Origin: an uncultured bacterium
GTDB lineage: Bacteria; Actinomycetota; Acidimicrobiia; Spongiisociales; UBA5794
NCBI GenBank assembly: GCA_963801165.1
Contig: CAWDDT010000004.1
Location: forward strand, 608,001-672,000
Direction: 5' to 3'
DNA: 64,000 bases
Numbering within the stretch: the first letter of the stretch is position 1; each line of letters starts with the position of its first letter. The position numbers and the translations under genes were made by a program. The notes beneath the pieces were generated by a model. That model worked only from the letters and a program-made list of their open reading frames with translations, searched no databases and was not told where the DNA came from. Positions 10,804-19,594 of the stretch are shown one piece after another.

Positions 10804-11406
10804 TCACGACCGGACTGCAATGCCCTGGATCAACCCGCCACCCCGCGACGACCACATACTGTCGATCGACCACGGTGAAGCGTCCAGCAGCGCCCCGGTG
10901 TCCTGGTTGATCCGGCATCCACCCGAGACGACCTTCCACGCCCCGGATAGCCGATCCTGGAACCGGGCCGCGTGCCGGCCGGCGGAGCGCACGTGCTCGA
11001 GGAAATGCAGCGTCCCGCCCGGATTTGCCACCCGGGCCAGCTCGTCGAGCGCCGCCACCGGATCGGCGATGGTGCACAGAGCGAAGGCGACCACGACGGT
11101 GTCGAAACAAGCCGCAGGGAATGGCAGCCGCCCGGCATCGGCGGCTATGAGACGAACCGGCACCGTGCTTTCCCAGCTCCGGTGAATGGCCCGGTGCAGC
11201 ATCCCCCGGTCGGCATCGATACCGACCACCAGGTCGGCCCGCCGGTACTGGCGGAGGTTCAGACCGGTACCCACGCCGATCTCGAGGACGGCTCCCGCTG
11301 CGTTGGCACACAACCGGGCTCGTTGGTCACGCAACCCGAACCGGTCGTTGGGAACCATGAGCAAGTCGTATGCCCGGGCAAACAACGAGTGAGCGGGCGC
11401 GGTCAT
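10804..11406 (-). CDS. class I SAM-dependent methyltransferase
   Basis: VLEIGVGTG, LPF...FDTVV, ALCTI.DP, PGG.L.FLEHVRS, GGCRINQD. Confidence 0.88.
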   Translation of the reverse strand: MTAPAHSLFARAYDLLMVPNDRFGLRDQRARLCANAAGAVLEIGVGTGLNLRQYRRADLVVGIDADRGMLHRAIHRSWESTVPVRLIAADAGRLPFPAACFDTVVVAFALCTIADPVAALDELARVANPGGTLHFLEHVRSAGRHAARFQDRLSGAWKVVSGGCRINQDTGALLDASPWSIDSMWSSRGGGLIQGIAVRS

Positions 11407-11473
11407 GGGGCCAGGTTACAGGCGGCTGGTCGCCGGTCATTCAGCGAGGCGTCCGGCCGCTAGCCTCCCGCCG

Positions 11474-12139
11474 ATGAGCGAAGCCGCCAGCGACCGTACC
11501 CGGCTACATCGACTCCCGGAGCGGGGGCATTACGACCGCGGGGTCATCAATGCCATCCTCGATGAGGCGCTCATCTGCCATATCGGTTTTGTTCATGAAG
11601 GTGCTCCTGTGGTCATTCCGACCATCCACGCCCGGGTGGGTGACACGCTCTACTTTCACGGCTCACCGGCCAGCCGGATGCTGCGGTCTCTGGGTCTCGA
11701 GGACCAGGTCTGCGTGAACGTGTCCCTCATCGACGGTGTGGTCGTTGCCCGGGCGGCGTTTCACAACTCGTTGAACTACCGCTCCGTCGTCGTATTCGGT
11801 GTTCCCAGGATCGTCGATGATGCCGATGAGAAGCTGGCAGCACTCGCAGCAGTGACCAACCATGTCATCCCGGGACGGTGGGCCGACTCTCGCCCGATGA
11901 CCGACAAGGAGCGGAACGGCACGCTTGTGGCTGCACTACCGCTGACCGAGGCGTCGGCAAAGGTGCGTGTCGGTGGCCCCAAGGATGACGACGGTGACTA
12001 CGACCTGCCCATCTGGGCGGGTGTCATCCCACTCACGGTTGCCGCAGGACACCCGGTCCCCGATCCCGGTATGCGCGCCAACGTGGAGGTGCCCGGCTAC
12101 GTCGGCGATTACCGCCGGCCCGGAACACCCGAGGTTTAG
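11474..12139 (+). CDS. pyridoxamine 5'-phosphate oxidase-like flavin-nucleotide-binding protein
   Basis: RG.YDR..INAILDE, YFHGS.ASRM, AFHNSLNYRSVV.FG, EASAKVR.GGP, WAGVIPL. Confidence 0.88.
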   Translation: MSEAASDRTRLHRLPERGHYDRGVINAILDEALICHIGFVHEGAPVVIPTIHARVGDTLYFHGSPASRMLRSLGLEDQVCVNVSLIDGVVVARAAFHNSLNYRSVVVFGVPRIVDDADEKLAALAAVTNHVIPGRWADSRPMTDKERNGTLVAALPLTEASAKVRVGGPKDDDGDYDLPIWAGVIPLTVAAGHPVPDPGMRANVEVPGYVGDYRRPGTPEV

Positions 12140-12173
12140 ACGGCCTTTGTGCAACGGTTAGCGATGGCTTAAC
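12136..12173 (+). promoter_or_regulatory. four 11-bp-phased direct-repeat units, putative OmpR-family operator of the ApbE operon
   Basis: TTAGA(12136), TTGTG(12147), TTAGC(12158), TTAAC(12169); 18/23 identical to 21628-21650. Confidence 0.6.
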
Positions 12174-12244
12174 GCAGCCTCCTGCATGGTTGCATCGACG
12201 GATCTCGGTAGGGACTCCGTCCTCGCAACCAAGGAGATGAACCG

Positions 12245-13003
12245 TTGAACAACAAGACCAAGAGCGGAGGATTCCGATTCTCTACCTCATTGATCATCGG
12301 CCTGTTGCTCGTGCCGCTGAGCGCGGTCGCAGCCGTAGCCCTGGTGAGCCCGGACGCCCCGGCGCAGACCGACGCCCCTGCGGTGGTTGCGCTGACTCTG
12401 CCCGAGACCTCGACCACCTCCAGCACCGTCGTCCCGACTACCGTCTCTCCAGTGATCGCAACCGCAGAGGATCTTGCGGCTGCCTGTGGCGATCAGGGTC
12501 TATCTCTGGTTTCCAAAGAGGGCGACGGAACCATTACACCGCTCGAGCAGGCAGCGCTCGACTCGCTGCGGGCGATCTGCGCCAACGAGGGTATGGAGAT
12601 GCCCGGCAAGCCGGCGCCCGACGCAATCGTCGAGACAGTCACCGTCGCGGCGGCCCCGGGCAGCCATGGCTCCTCCGACTCCACCGCCTCAACAACTGCT
12701 CCCGAAACCACCACCACGACAACGACCACGAACGACCTGGCCGCCCAATTCGAGGCCGACTACGCCTCGACTGTTGCCTACATCAACACAGCGATCGATG
12801 CGGGAGCGCACGGCTCGATGATCGATCTGGCGACACAGCTCGTCGCCGATGCCGCCAACCTCGCCGATTCCGGTGATTATCAGGCAGGCATCGACAAGCT
12901 GGCGGAGGCCCGTAGTGCGGCCGACCAGGCCGACCGCTCCACGCAGCATCACGACGACGACGACGGTCACGGTGGCGATGACGGCGGCGAGCATGACGAC
13001 TGA
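12245..13003 (+). CDS. secreted/membrane-anchored hypothetical protein with Cys pair and acidic His-rich tail
   Basis: AAGGAG RBS, TTG start; N-terminal hydrophobic segment; two Cys; C-terminus HHDDDDGHGGDDGGEHDD. Confidence 0.75.
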   Translation: MNNKTKSGGFRFSTSLIIGLLLVPLSAVAAVALVSPDAPAQTDAPAVVALTLPETSTTSSTVVPTTVSPVIATAEDLAAACGDQGLSLVSKEGDGTITPLEQAALDSLRAICANEGMEMPGKPAPDAIVETVTVAAAPGSHGSSDSTASTTAPETTTTTTTTNDLAAQFEADYASTVAYINTAIDAGAHGSMIDLATQLVADAANLADSGDYQAGIDKLAEARSAADQADRSTQHHDDDDGHGGDDGGEHDD

Positions 13004-13008
13004 TTCCG

Positions 13009-13377
13009 ATGGCCGATAAGCCGAGCAGCTTCGTCTCGCTCCTGGCGGCATTGGTGATAGCCGTGACCGGTCTGATCCCGGTTGTGTGGCTGCTCACTAC
13101 ACCGTCCGCAGAGCCGGCCGGCGCCGGGGAGGTCGTGGTTGAGGAAACAACCACGACCCCCCCGCCACCAACCACGATGGTGGTGGCGACCGTACCCGAG
13201 CTTCGAGTAGACGAGCTGAACCGATCAATCGTTCGGGTGCTTCAGGCGAACGGATACGCCCAGTTGACAACCGAATCAGACATTGCCACCGATCTCCCGC
13301 AGGCAGTCACCCGTGTCCTCATCGATCACGGAGCCGTATTGACTGTCGTTGAGGGAGACCCAACTTCAGGAAGCTGA
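13009..13377 (+). CDS. small membrane-anchored hypothetical protein
   Basis: N-terminal TM, T/P linker, small globular domain; 5-bp gap in operon. Confidence 0.7.
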   Translation: MADKPSSFVSLLAALVIAVTGLIPVVWLLTTPSAEPAGAGEVVVEETTTTPPPPTTMVVATVPELRVDELNRSIVRVLQANGYAQLTTESDIATDLPQAVTRVLIDHGAVLTVVEGDPTSGS

Positions 13378-13379
13378 CA

Positions 13380-13811
13380 ATGCCAAAGCGACTCTCTCCC
13401 AGCCGCTGGGCCAGGATCTTCGCCTGGACCGGTGCCGCCGTCGCCTGGGGAACCTCCGTAGTGGCGGTCCAGGCGTCCACGACACAGACGACCGCAGACA
13501 CGCAGACCCTTCCGGAGCCCCAACCGGAAGTGCAGCAGGTGCCCGAGCCCGTAGCCGCGGTGCCTGCTGCCCCCGAGGCGGGACTGGTGGTGATTCGGTA
13601 CACACCGGTCCCGCCTCCGCCCCCTCAGGTGATTACCCGGACCGTCACTGTTGGCGGTGGCGGCGGGGGGACGACGGCGAGCTCAAGCAGTTCGGGTGGT
13701 GGAACCACAACGGCCTCTTCGGGCAGCACTGCTTCTTCAGGTGGGACAACGTCATCAGGTAGCGCCACCACGCCCCGTCCCGCTGTCAAAGTGGCCAGCA
13801 GCGGATCATGA
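13380..13811 (+). CDS. secreted Ser/Thr/Gly-rich protein, candidate ApbE substrate
   Basis: Signal peptide ending AVQA; low-complexity S/G/T tract; ends KVASSGS; stop overlaps apbE start. Confidence 0.7.
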   Translation: MPKRLSPSRWARIFAWTGAAVAWGTSVVAVQASTTQTTADTQTLPEPQPEVQQVPEPVAAVPAAPEAGLVVIRYTPVPPPPPQVITRTVTVGGGGGGTTASSSSSGGGTTTASSGSTASSGGTTSSGSATTPRPAVKVASSGS

Positions 13812-14644
13812 TCACGGTCGAGTTTCCTGCGATGGGCACCAGGGTCGTCGCCATCGGCGACGACCCGGCTGAGGCGGAGCCGTTCTTTGCCGCGGCAGAG
13901 GCAGTTTTCAGCCGATTCGATTCCTCGAGCGAGCTGAGTGCGTTGAACCGCGATCCTCGCGTGTCGATTGAGGTGTCGCCGGATCTCGCCGCCTGTCTCC
14001 ATGATGCCCGGGAACTCCGGGATCGGACAGGCGGACTGATCGACCCTGCCATCGGCAACGCTGTCATCGCCTGGGGATACGACCGCACTTTCACCGAGGT
14101 CGAGGATCGCGGCGAGGCAGGCTCGATCGCCGCGATCGGAGAATGGTCGATCAGCGACAACGTCGTGACACGTCGACCGGGGACCCGGCTCGATCTCGGC
14201 GGCATCGCAAAGGGATGGACGGCCGATCGAGCCGTAGCCTCCGGGCTCGCCTACGTCGTCTCGGCAGGTGGGGACGTCAGTTCCCGTCTCGACGAGACGG
14301 CTGTGTCCATCGAGGATCCGTGGGGCGATGTCGCCGCGACCGTGCGGCTCGGATCAGGGGGTCTTGCCACTTCGTCTTCAACGCGCCGACGCTGGCAGGT
14401 CGGTGATGTGACCGCCCATCACATCATCGACCCCCGTCGGTTGGCCCCTGCCACGTCGCCGATATTCAGCGCCACCGTGATGGCCGCGACCGCGGTGGAG
14501 GCCGAGGCGGGAGCCAAGGCTGTGTTGCTACATGGTGAGCACGGGCTGACCTGGGCAGAGACACAAGATTGGATTGCCGCCGCATTGGTGGTCTGGCATG
14601 ACGGAAGCGTCTACGCCACCACCGGATGGGAAATGGCCGCATGA
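13808..14644 (+). CDS. apbE: FAD:protein FMN transferase
   Basis: AMGT, FSRF.SSSELS.LN, LDLGGIAKG, SAGGD, LATSS, HHIIDPR; no obvious signal peptide. Confidence 0.92.
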   Translation: MITVEFPAMGTRVVAIGDDPAEAEPFFAAAEAVFSRFDSSSELSALNRDPRVSIEVSPDLAACLHDARELRDRTGGLIDPAIGNAVIAWGYDRTFTEVEDRGEAGSIAAIGEWSISDNVVTRRPGTRLDLGGIAKGWTADRAVASGLAYVVSAGGDVSSRLDETAVSIEDPWGDVAATVRLGSGGLATSSSTRRRWQVGDVTAHHIIDPRRLAPATSPIFSATVMAATAVEAEAGAKAVLLHGEHGLTWAETQDWIAAALVVWHDGSVYATTGWEMAA

Positions 14645-14657
14645 GAGGAATACCGAG

Positions 14658-15281
14658 ATGAGTGTTGAGTGGATGATCATCCGCGGGTCGGGCATCATCG
14701 CCTTCCTGCTTCTGGCCGGATCAACGATCTGGGGTCTGTTGATCTCGACCAAGGTGCTTGGACGCGCCGTCAAGGCGAAAGGCGTCACCTGGTTCCATGA
14801 GTCGCTCGGGATTGCATCCTTGGTCGCCACCGGCGTGCACATGTACTTCCTGTTCAACCACGATTTCATCGACTTTGGCTACCGGGCGATCTTCGTCCCG
14901 GGTGCGTCGTCATTCCGGCCTTTGGCGGTGGCCCTGGGTGTTGTGTCGTTCTACTCGATCTTTGTCATCGCCACCTCCTTCTACGTCAAGCGGTGGATCG
15001 GGCAGAGCGCATGGCGAACGATTCACTTCCTTTCGTTCGGCACCTTCCTCACCGCCGGTTTGCACGGTGCATTCAGTGGAACGGACACGTCGAATCCAGT
15101 GGTGATGGGGATGTACATCGGTTCTCTTGCCATCGTCACCATGCTGCTGATCATCCGGATCGTCCAGGCCGCCAGCCCGGAGCGGCAGGCCGCCGTTCCC
15201 GCCCGGCGCGTCCCCCGGAGCGCGGTTACCGCGACGCCGCACCAGACCGAAAAAGCGGCGGAGGCAACGGCTCGCAGCTGA
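14658..15281 (+). CDS. ferric-reductase-like (MsrQ-type) transmembrane heme b protein
   Basis: W..RGSG.IA, about six TM segments, His pairs FHESLG..TGVH and W.TIHFLSF..GLHG..SGTD. Confidence 0.85.
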   Translation: MSVEWMIIRGSGIIAFLLLAGSTIWGLLISTKVLGRAVKAKGVTWFHESLGIASLVATGVHMYFLFNHDFIDFGYRAIFVPGASSFRPLAVALGVVSFYSIFVIATSFYVKRWIGQSAWRTIHFLSFGTFLTAGLHGAFSGTDTSNPVVMGMYIGSLAIVTMLLIIRIVQAASPERQAAVPARRVPRSAVTATPHQTEKAAEATARS

Positions 15282-15369
15282 CCGGCCGCCGCGGTCTGGT
15301 GCTTACAAAGCCATGGGGGTCGGGTAACCTGATGCGACGCTCGTCCCGCTCTCGATTTGGGAGTCCCCC

Positions 15370-16215
15370 ATGGACACCGCCGACACCACCGACAACCTGA
15401 AATCTGTCAACGCCCAGATCCCCACTAAGGAGTATCTGGCCGAGATGTGGGACCGACGCGACTTCGCTGTAGCCGTGCCGCTGGAACAGCTCAGATCGGA
15501 GCACAAGACCACGCTGCTCGGCAACGTATGGCACCTGGGCAACCCGTTGTTGATGATCGCGGTGTACTACTTCGTCTTCGGGGTGCTGCTGGACAGCAAC
15601 CGTGGGATCGACAACTTCCTGCTCTGGCTGACCATCGGTGTCTTTACCTTTCGGCTCACCAACAGTTCGGTGCTCGGGGGCGCGGCCTCGATCACCAACA
15701 GCAAAGGGCTGATCAGGGCGATCAAATTCCCTCGTAGCCTCCTCCCGATTTCAGTCGTGCTGAGCCGGCTGATCACCTTTGCCATCGAGCTGTCGCTGCT
15801 GGCAGTGTTCACAGTGCTTTCGGGTGTCGGCCTGTCGCGCCGTCTTCTCTTTCTCCCGCTGATCATCGTGATCCACACTGCCTTGAACCTGGGAGGCGCC
15901 TTCATTGCCGCCCGACTGAACGAGGCGTTTCGTGACATTCAGCAAATCATCCCGTTTCTGTTCCGGCTGCTCCAGTACCTCTCGGGAGTCATGTTTCCGA
16001 TCCAGCGCTTTCTCGGCGACAAAATAACCGGGGTGGCGGCGTCTGCTTTGTCGCTGAATCCCTTGATGAGAATCATCGATCTGTACAGGTGGGTGTTCCT
16101 CGGCACCGACTTCGATGTGGGCGCCACTGTCAAGACCGCCGTTATTTCTGTCGGGATCCTCTGGTTTGGTTTCCGGTATTTCCGTGCGGCCGAGTGGAGG
16201 TACGGGCGAGCATGA
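15370..16215 (+). CDS. ABC-2 permease, TagG/Wzm-type glycopolymer exporter
   Basis: LG.VW.LGNPLL...YY.VFG.LL, LIRAIKFPR.LLP, FRD..Q, YLSGVMF, LNP. Confidence 0.85.
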   Translation: MDTADTTDNLKSVNAQIPTKEYLAEMWDRRDFAVAVPLEQLRSEHKTTLLGNVWHLGNPLLMIAVYYFVFGVLLDSNRGIDNFLLWLTIGVFTFRLTNSSVLGGAASITNSKGLIRAIKFPRSLLPISVVLSRLITFAIELSLLAVFTVLSGVGLSRRLLFLPLIIVIHTALNLGGAFIAARLNEAFRDIQQIIPFLFRLLQYLSGVMFPIQRFLGDKITGVAASALSLNPLMRIIDLYRWVFLGTDFDVGATVKTAVISVGILWFGFRYFRAAEWRYGRA

Positions 16216-16943
16216 CAGCGCCGGTGTCGATCAGTGTGCGCGATCTCTATCTCGACTACGAGATCTCCGAGGACCGTCGCCAGGCCCTGCGGGAGCGGCT
16301 CGTCAACCATCAGGGCACCGGTCGGCGTGTTGTCCGCGCCCTCAGGGGTCTCAGCTTTGACGTCACCGCGGGCGAATCCGTCGGTGTGATCGGATCCAAC
16401 GGCTCCGGCAAGTCGACCCTGCTTGCCGCGCTGGCCGGTCTGTTGCCTCCGACGTCCGGCGATATCCTCGTCTCCGCGGAGCCAAAGCTGTTGGGCGTGG
16501 GCGCCACTCTGTTACCCACCGCAACAGGTTGGAAGAACATTCGGATCGGCTGCATGGCTCTCGGCATGACCGCCGACGAAGTCGAGGAGCACATCGAAGA
16601 GATCGGGAAATTCACGGACCTGGGGGAGGCACTCGATCGTCCGCTTCATACCTACTCGTCGGGGATGCGAGCCCGCCTCCACTTCGCCGTTGCCACCTCT
16701 GTCGAGCCGGAGATCCTGCTAATCGATGAGGCTCTCGCCGTCGGAGACGAGGCGTTCAAGAGGAAGTCGGCTGATCGCATCGAGAAGCTGCTGGCGAGGG
16801 CGGGGACGCTTGTGTTTGTCAGCCACTCGCTGGGTGATGTCATGCAGCGGTGCAACCGCGTTCTCTGGGTCGAGCAGGGCAGGCTACGCGCCGACGGGGA
16901 CCCGGAAGCGGTCACCGAGAAGTACATGGCGTTTGTCGGCTGA
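16212..16943 (+). CDS. ABC ATP-binding protein, TagH/Wzt-type
   Basis: GSNGSGKST, TYSSGMRARL.FAVA, LLIDEALAVGD..F..K, VSHS. Confidence 0.88.
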   Translation: MTAPVSISVRDLYLDYEISEDRRQALRERLVNHQGTGRRVVRALRGLSFDVTAGESVGVIGSNGSGKSTLLAALAGLLPPTSGDILVSAEPKLLGVGATLLPTATGWKNIRIGCMALGMTADEVEEHIEEIGKFTDLGEALDRPLHTYSSGMRARLHFAVATSVEPEILLIDEALAVGDEAFKRKSADRIEKLLARAGTLVFVSHSLGDVMQRCNRVLWVEQGRLRADGDPEAVTEKYMAFVG

Positions 16944-16955
16944 GCCGGAGTCGTC

Positions 16956-19553
16956 TTATCCGCCGCCGACCAATGTGTCGGCGATCGCGTCGGCCGTGTT
17001 GGCGCCGCGTCCGACAGTGCCGTTGGATACCGCGGTGACCCCGAATAGGCGTGGGGCGGTCGTGTTGGCGGTGCCGGTAACGATGATCGCGCGAGCCCAG
17101 ATCATCGCCCCGTCGAGTGGCAGAGGAGTCATCGGCCCGAACTGCACAACAGAGCCGTTGGCGTTCAGCAACGTGAACTCTTGTGCCAACTCTGGATCGG
17201 TGTCGATGGCGCTCTGCGCTACCAGCGGGCTCGAGACCTGCCTACCCAGCCGTGGCTCGATCCGGACCAGCAGTAGCCGCTCCGGATCGTCGTGATCGGC
17301 GATGGCGACCGCAGAGAGCACGTCGCGGCTCGCAGACGGGTTGGAGGATGCGCCGGGTCCGAACGGCCGTATCGCCACCCAATGATCCTGCATCTCACCC
17401 TGGGTCGGGAGGAAAAGCGACACCGCTTGCGACAGCCCGGGCGAGTCCTTGGCGACACCGTCGCCGGGTGCAGGGGTTATGGACCAGCGGTCGGAGCCGT
17501 TGAACAGCGTCTCGGCGTCGGAGACGTGGTAGCGGCCGAGGAGGCTGGTCTGTACCTTGAAGAGGTCGGGCGGGTAGAGCAGATGCGCCGCGAGATCGGC
17601 CGGCATGGTGGAGATGGGCTCGATGAGACCGGGGAAGATCGACTCCCATGCCTCGAGGATGGGGTCATCGGAACCGCCGACCTCGGTGCGGTAGAGGTGG
17701 ACTGTGCCGTCGTAGGCATCGACGGTTGCCTTGATCGATCCGTGCACGTAGTTGAACGACCCGTAGGAGAGCGAGCTCGGCGCCGACACCCCCACCTGGC
17801 GGGCGAACTGTGAGTAGGGGTACGTGGCGGCTCTCGTGTAGCCGTCCATGATCCATACGATCCGGTCACCGCTGACGACCGGATACGCCTCGCCATCCCA
17901 CGAGACGAAGGGCGCCACCATGCTGAGGCGTTCCCGAAGGTCGCGCCGCATCAACAGCTGCGACGACGTCGTGAGCTCGCTCGAGGTGAGAGGCTCGATG
18001 TCACCCAGCCCGATCGCGGCCACCATTCGCTGCCAGAAGCCGCCCACCGAAATGCCGGTGTTGCCGTCGAACACGGCACCTCCCTGCTCGACCCGCTTCG
18101 TCCCGACGATGGCATACCAGCCGGTGAGACCCTCTCCGAAATAGAGTTCGGACCTCTCCGGATTGAGCGACGCCAGGGTATCGACATCCGGTCGCCCGTC
18201 GGTTGCGGCGACATCAGCCGGTACCGCGACTATCCCGTTGCCGTGTGTGTAGACGAGATGCGACTGCACCCAGCCCTTCTCGGGCAGATCCTGCTGGTAG
18301 GCGTTCCTGGTCGCGATGAGGACGGGTCGCCGCACTCCGTCGATCGTGTAGCGGTCGAGGTCGACATCGATGATCCGGGTAGCAGTCGTTCCCTCCAGCA
18401 CCTGCAAGGGAGCGACGAGCTGATCCATCGTGAAGACGGGAACCCGGTCGAGCACAGCAGCGGAGTCGGAGGTCACGGGGGCGTCCAGCCCATCGGTGTA
18501 GGACTCGGTGACTTGCTCGACGGCGTCGAGCCGGTAGGCGGTTCTCGTAGCCTCGAGGTTGTGGGCGATATAGGGAAGCTCGCGCTCGGCTTCTGCCGGC
18601 TTGACGATGATCTTTTGCACCACGTAGGGAGCAACCCACATCCCGAGAACATACGCGACCGCCCACACGCCGAATGCCAACTGGGTGGCGCGCCATTTAC
18701 CGGTGCGAACCCCGTAGATCGTGATAGCGGCGGTGGCGAACGCGAGCAGCGCCAGAATAATCAACACCGGACTGACCACCTTCAGCTCGGTGAAGCCCGG
18801 GCCGTCGAAGGCTCCGTTCTGGTTGGTGGCGAGGCCGGGCCGCTGCACGAGCAGATACATCAGACCGCGCAGGGTCGCAAAGGCTGCTGCCAGCATGGCG
18901 AGATGTGCGATTGCCCGGCGCGCCGAGCTTCGACCCCGTCCCGGGAGTCGAAGCGCCCCATTGGCGATGTATCCCGCCGCAGCAATGAATGTGGCGAGAG
19001 TGAGCAGCCTTTGCAGCCAGCTGCCCAGGTAGATGAGGAAGGGCAGACGGAAGAGGTGGAAGCCGAGGTCGAATCCGATCTCAGGTGCCTTCACGCCGAG
19101 GTTAGGCCCGTGGAGGAACAAGACCCATGGCTGCCACCGACCCATCGCTGTCGGGATCGTTTGCACAGTGAACAACACCGCAAGGCCGATGATCAGCCAG
19201 CGATGCGCCGGGCCCATCCGTTGCCGGTAGCGGACAACGAGGCGGTTCGGGCCGTTGTCTGGTGCAGGTCGGACGCGCAGACCGAGATACGCAGATACGC
19301 CGAGCACCAAACCGGTGATCAGCGCCGAGGCAACAGCCAATTCGATCTGGGCGATGAGCCGGGTGGACCATACCGGCGCTTTCGTGACCGAGTCATACCA
19401 CCACTTGTCGAGCAGGGTGGCTGCGGTGAAACGGAGGAGCCACACAACGCCGACCAATCCCAATAGCCCGGCTGCGATCCAACGCTGGACGCGGGTGCGT
19501 CGCTGCAGGAACGCAACGATGGGGTACACGGGGGCAACGGGTCGGCTAGACAC
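16956..19553 (-). CDS. UPF0182 family membrane protein
   Basis: DLGFHLFRLPF, E.ELPYI.HN.EATR.AY.L, DVDLDRY.IDG, HLVYTHG.G, DGYT....YPYS, SIKATVDAYDG.V. Confidence 0.88.
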   Translation of the reverse strand: MSSRPVAPVYPIVAFLQRRTRVQRWIAAGLLGLVGVVWLLRFTAATLLDKWWYDSVTKAPVWSTRLIAQIELAVASALITGLVLGVSAYLGLRVRPAPDNGPNRLVVRYRQRMGPAHRWLIIGLAVLFTVQTIPTAMGRWQPWVLFLHGPNLGVKAPEIGFDLGFHLFRLPFLIYLGSWLQRLLTLATFIAAAGYIANGALRLPGRGRSSARRAIAHLAMLAAAFATLRGLMYLLVQRPGLATNQNGAFDGPGFTELKVVSPVLIILALLAFATAAITIYGVRTGKWRATQLAFGVWAVAYVLGMWVAPYVVQKIIVKPAEAERELPYIAHNLEATRTAYRLDAVEQVTESYTDGLDAPVTSDSAAVLDRVPVFTMDQLVAPLQVLEGTTATRIIDVDLDRYTIDGVRRPVLIATRNAYQQDLPEKGWVQSHLVYTHGNGIVAVPADVAATDGRPDVDTLASLNPERSELYFGEGLTGWYAIVGTKRVEQGGAVFDGNTGISVGGFWQRMVAAIGLGDIEPLTSSELTTSSQLLMRRDLRERLSMVAPFVSWDGEAYPVVSGDRIVWIMDGYTRAATYPYSQFARQVGVSAPSSLSYGSFNYVHGSIKATVDAYDGTVHLYRTEVGGSDDPILEAWESIFPGLIEPISTMPADLAAHLLYPPDLFKVQTSLLGRYHVSDAETLFNGSDRWSITPAPGDGVAKDSPGLSQAVSLFLPTQGEMQDHWVAIRPFGPGASSNPSASRDVLSAVAIADHDDPERLLLVRIEPRLGRQVSSPLVAQSAIDTDPELAQEFTLLNANGSVVQFGPMTPLPLDGAMIWARAIIVTGTANTTAPRLFGVTAVSNGTVGRGANTADAIADTLVGGG

Positions 19554-19594
19554 AGCCTCGGTAGGTTAGAAGCGCCGAAAAGAAATGCCGAGTT

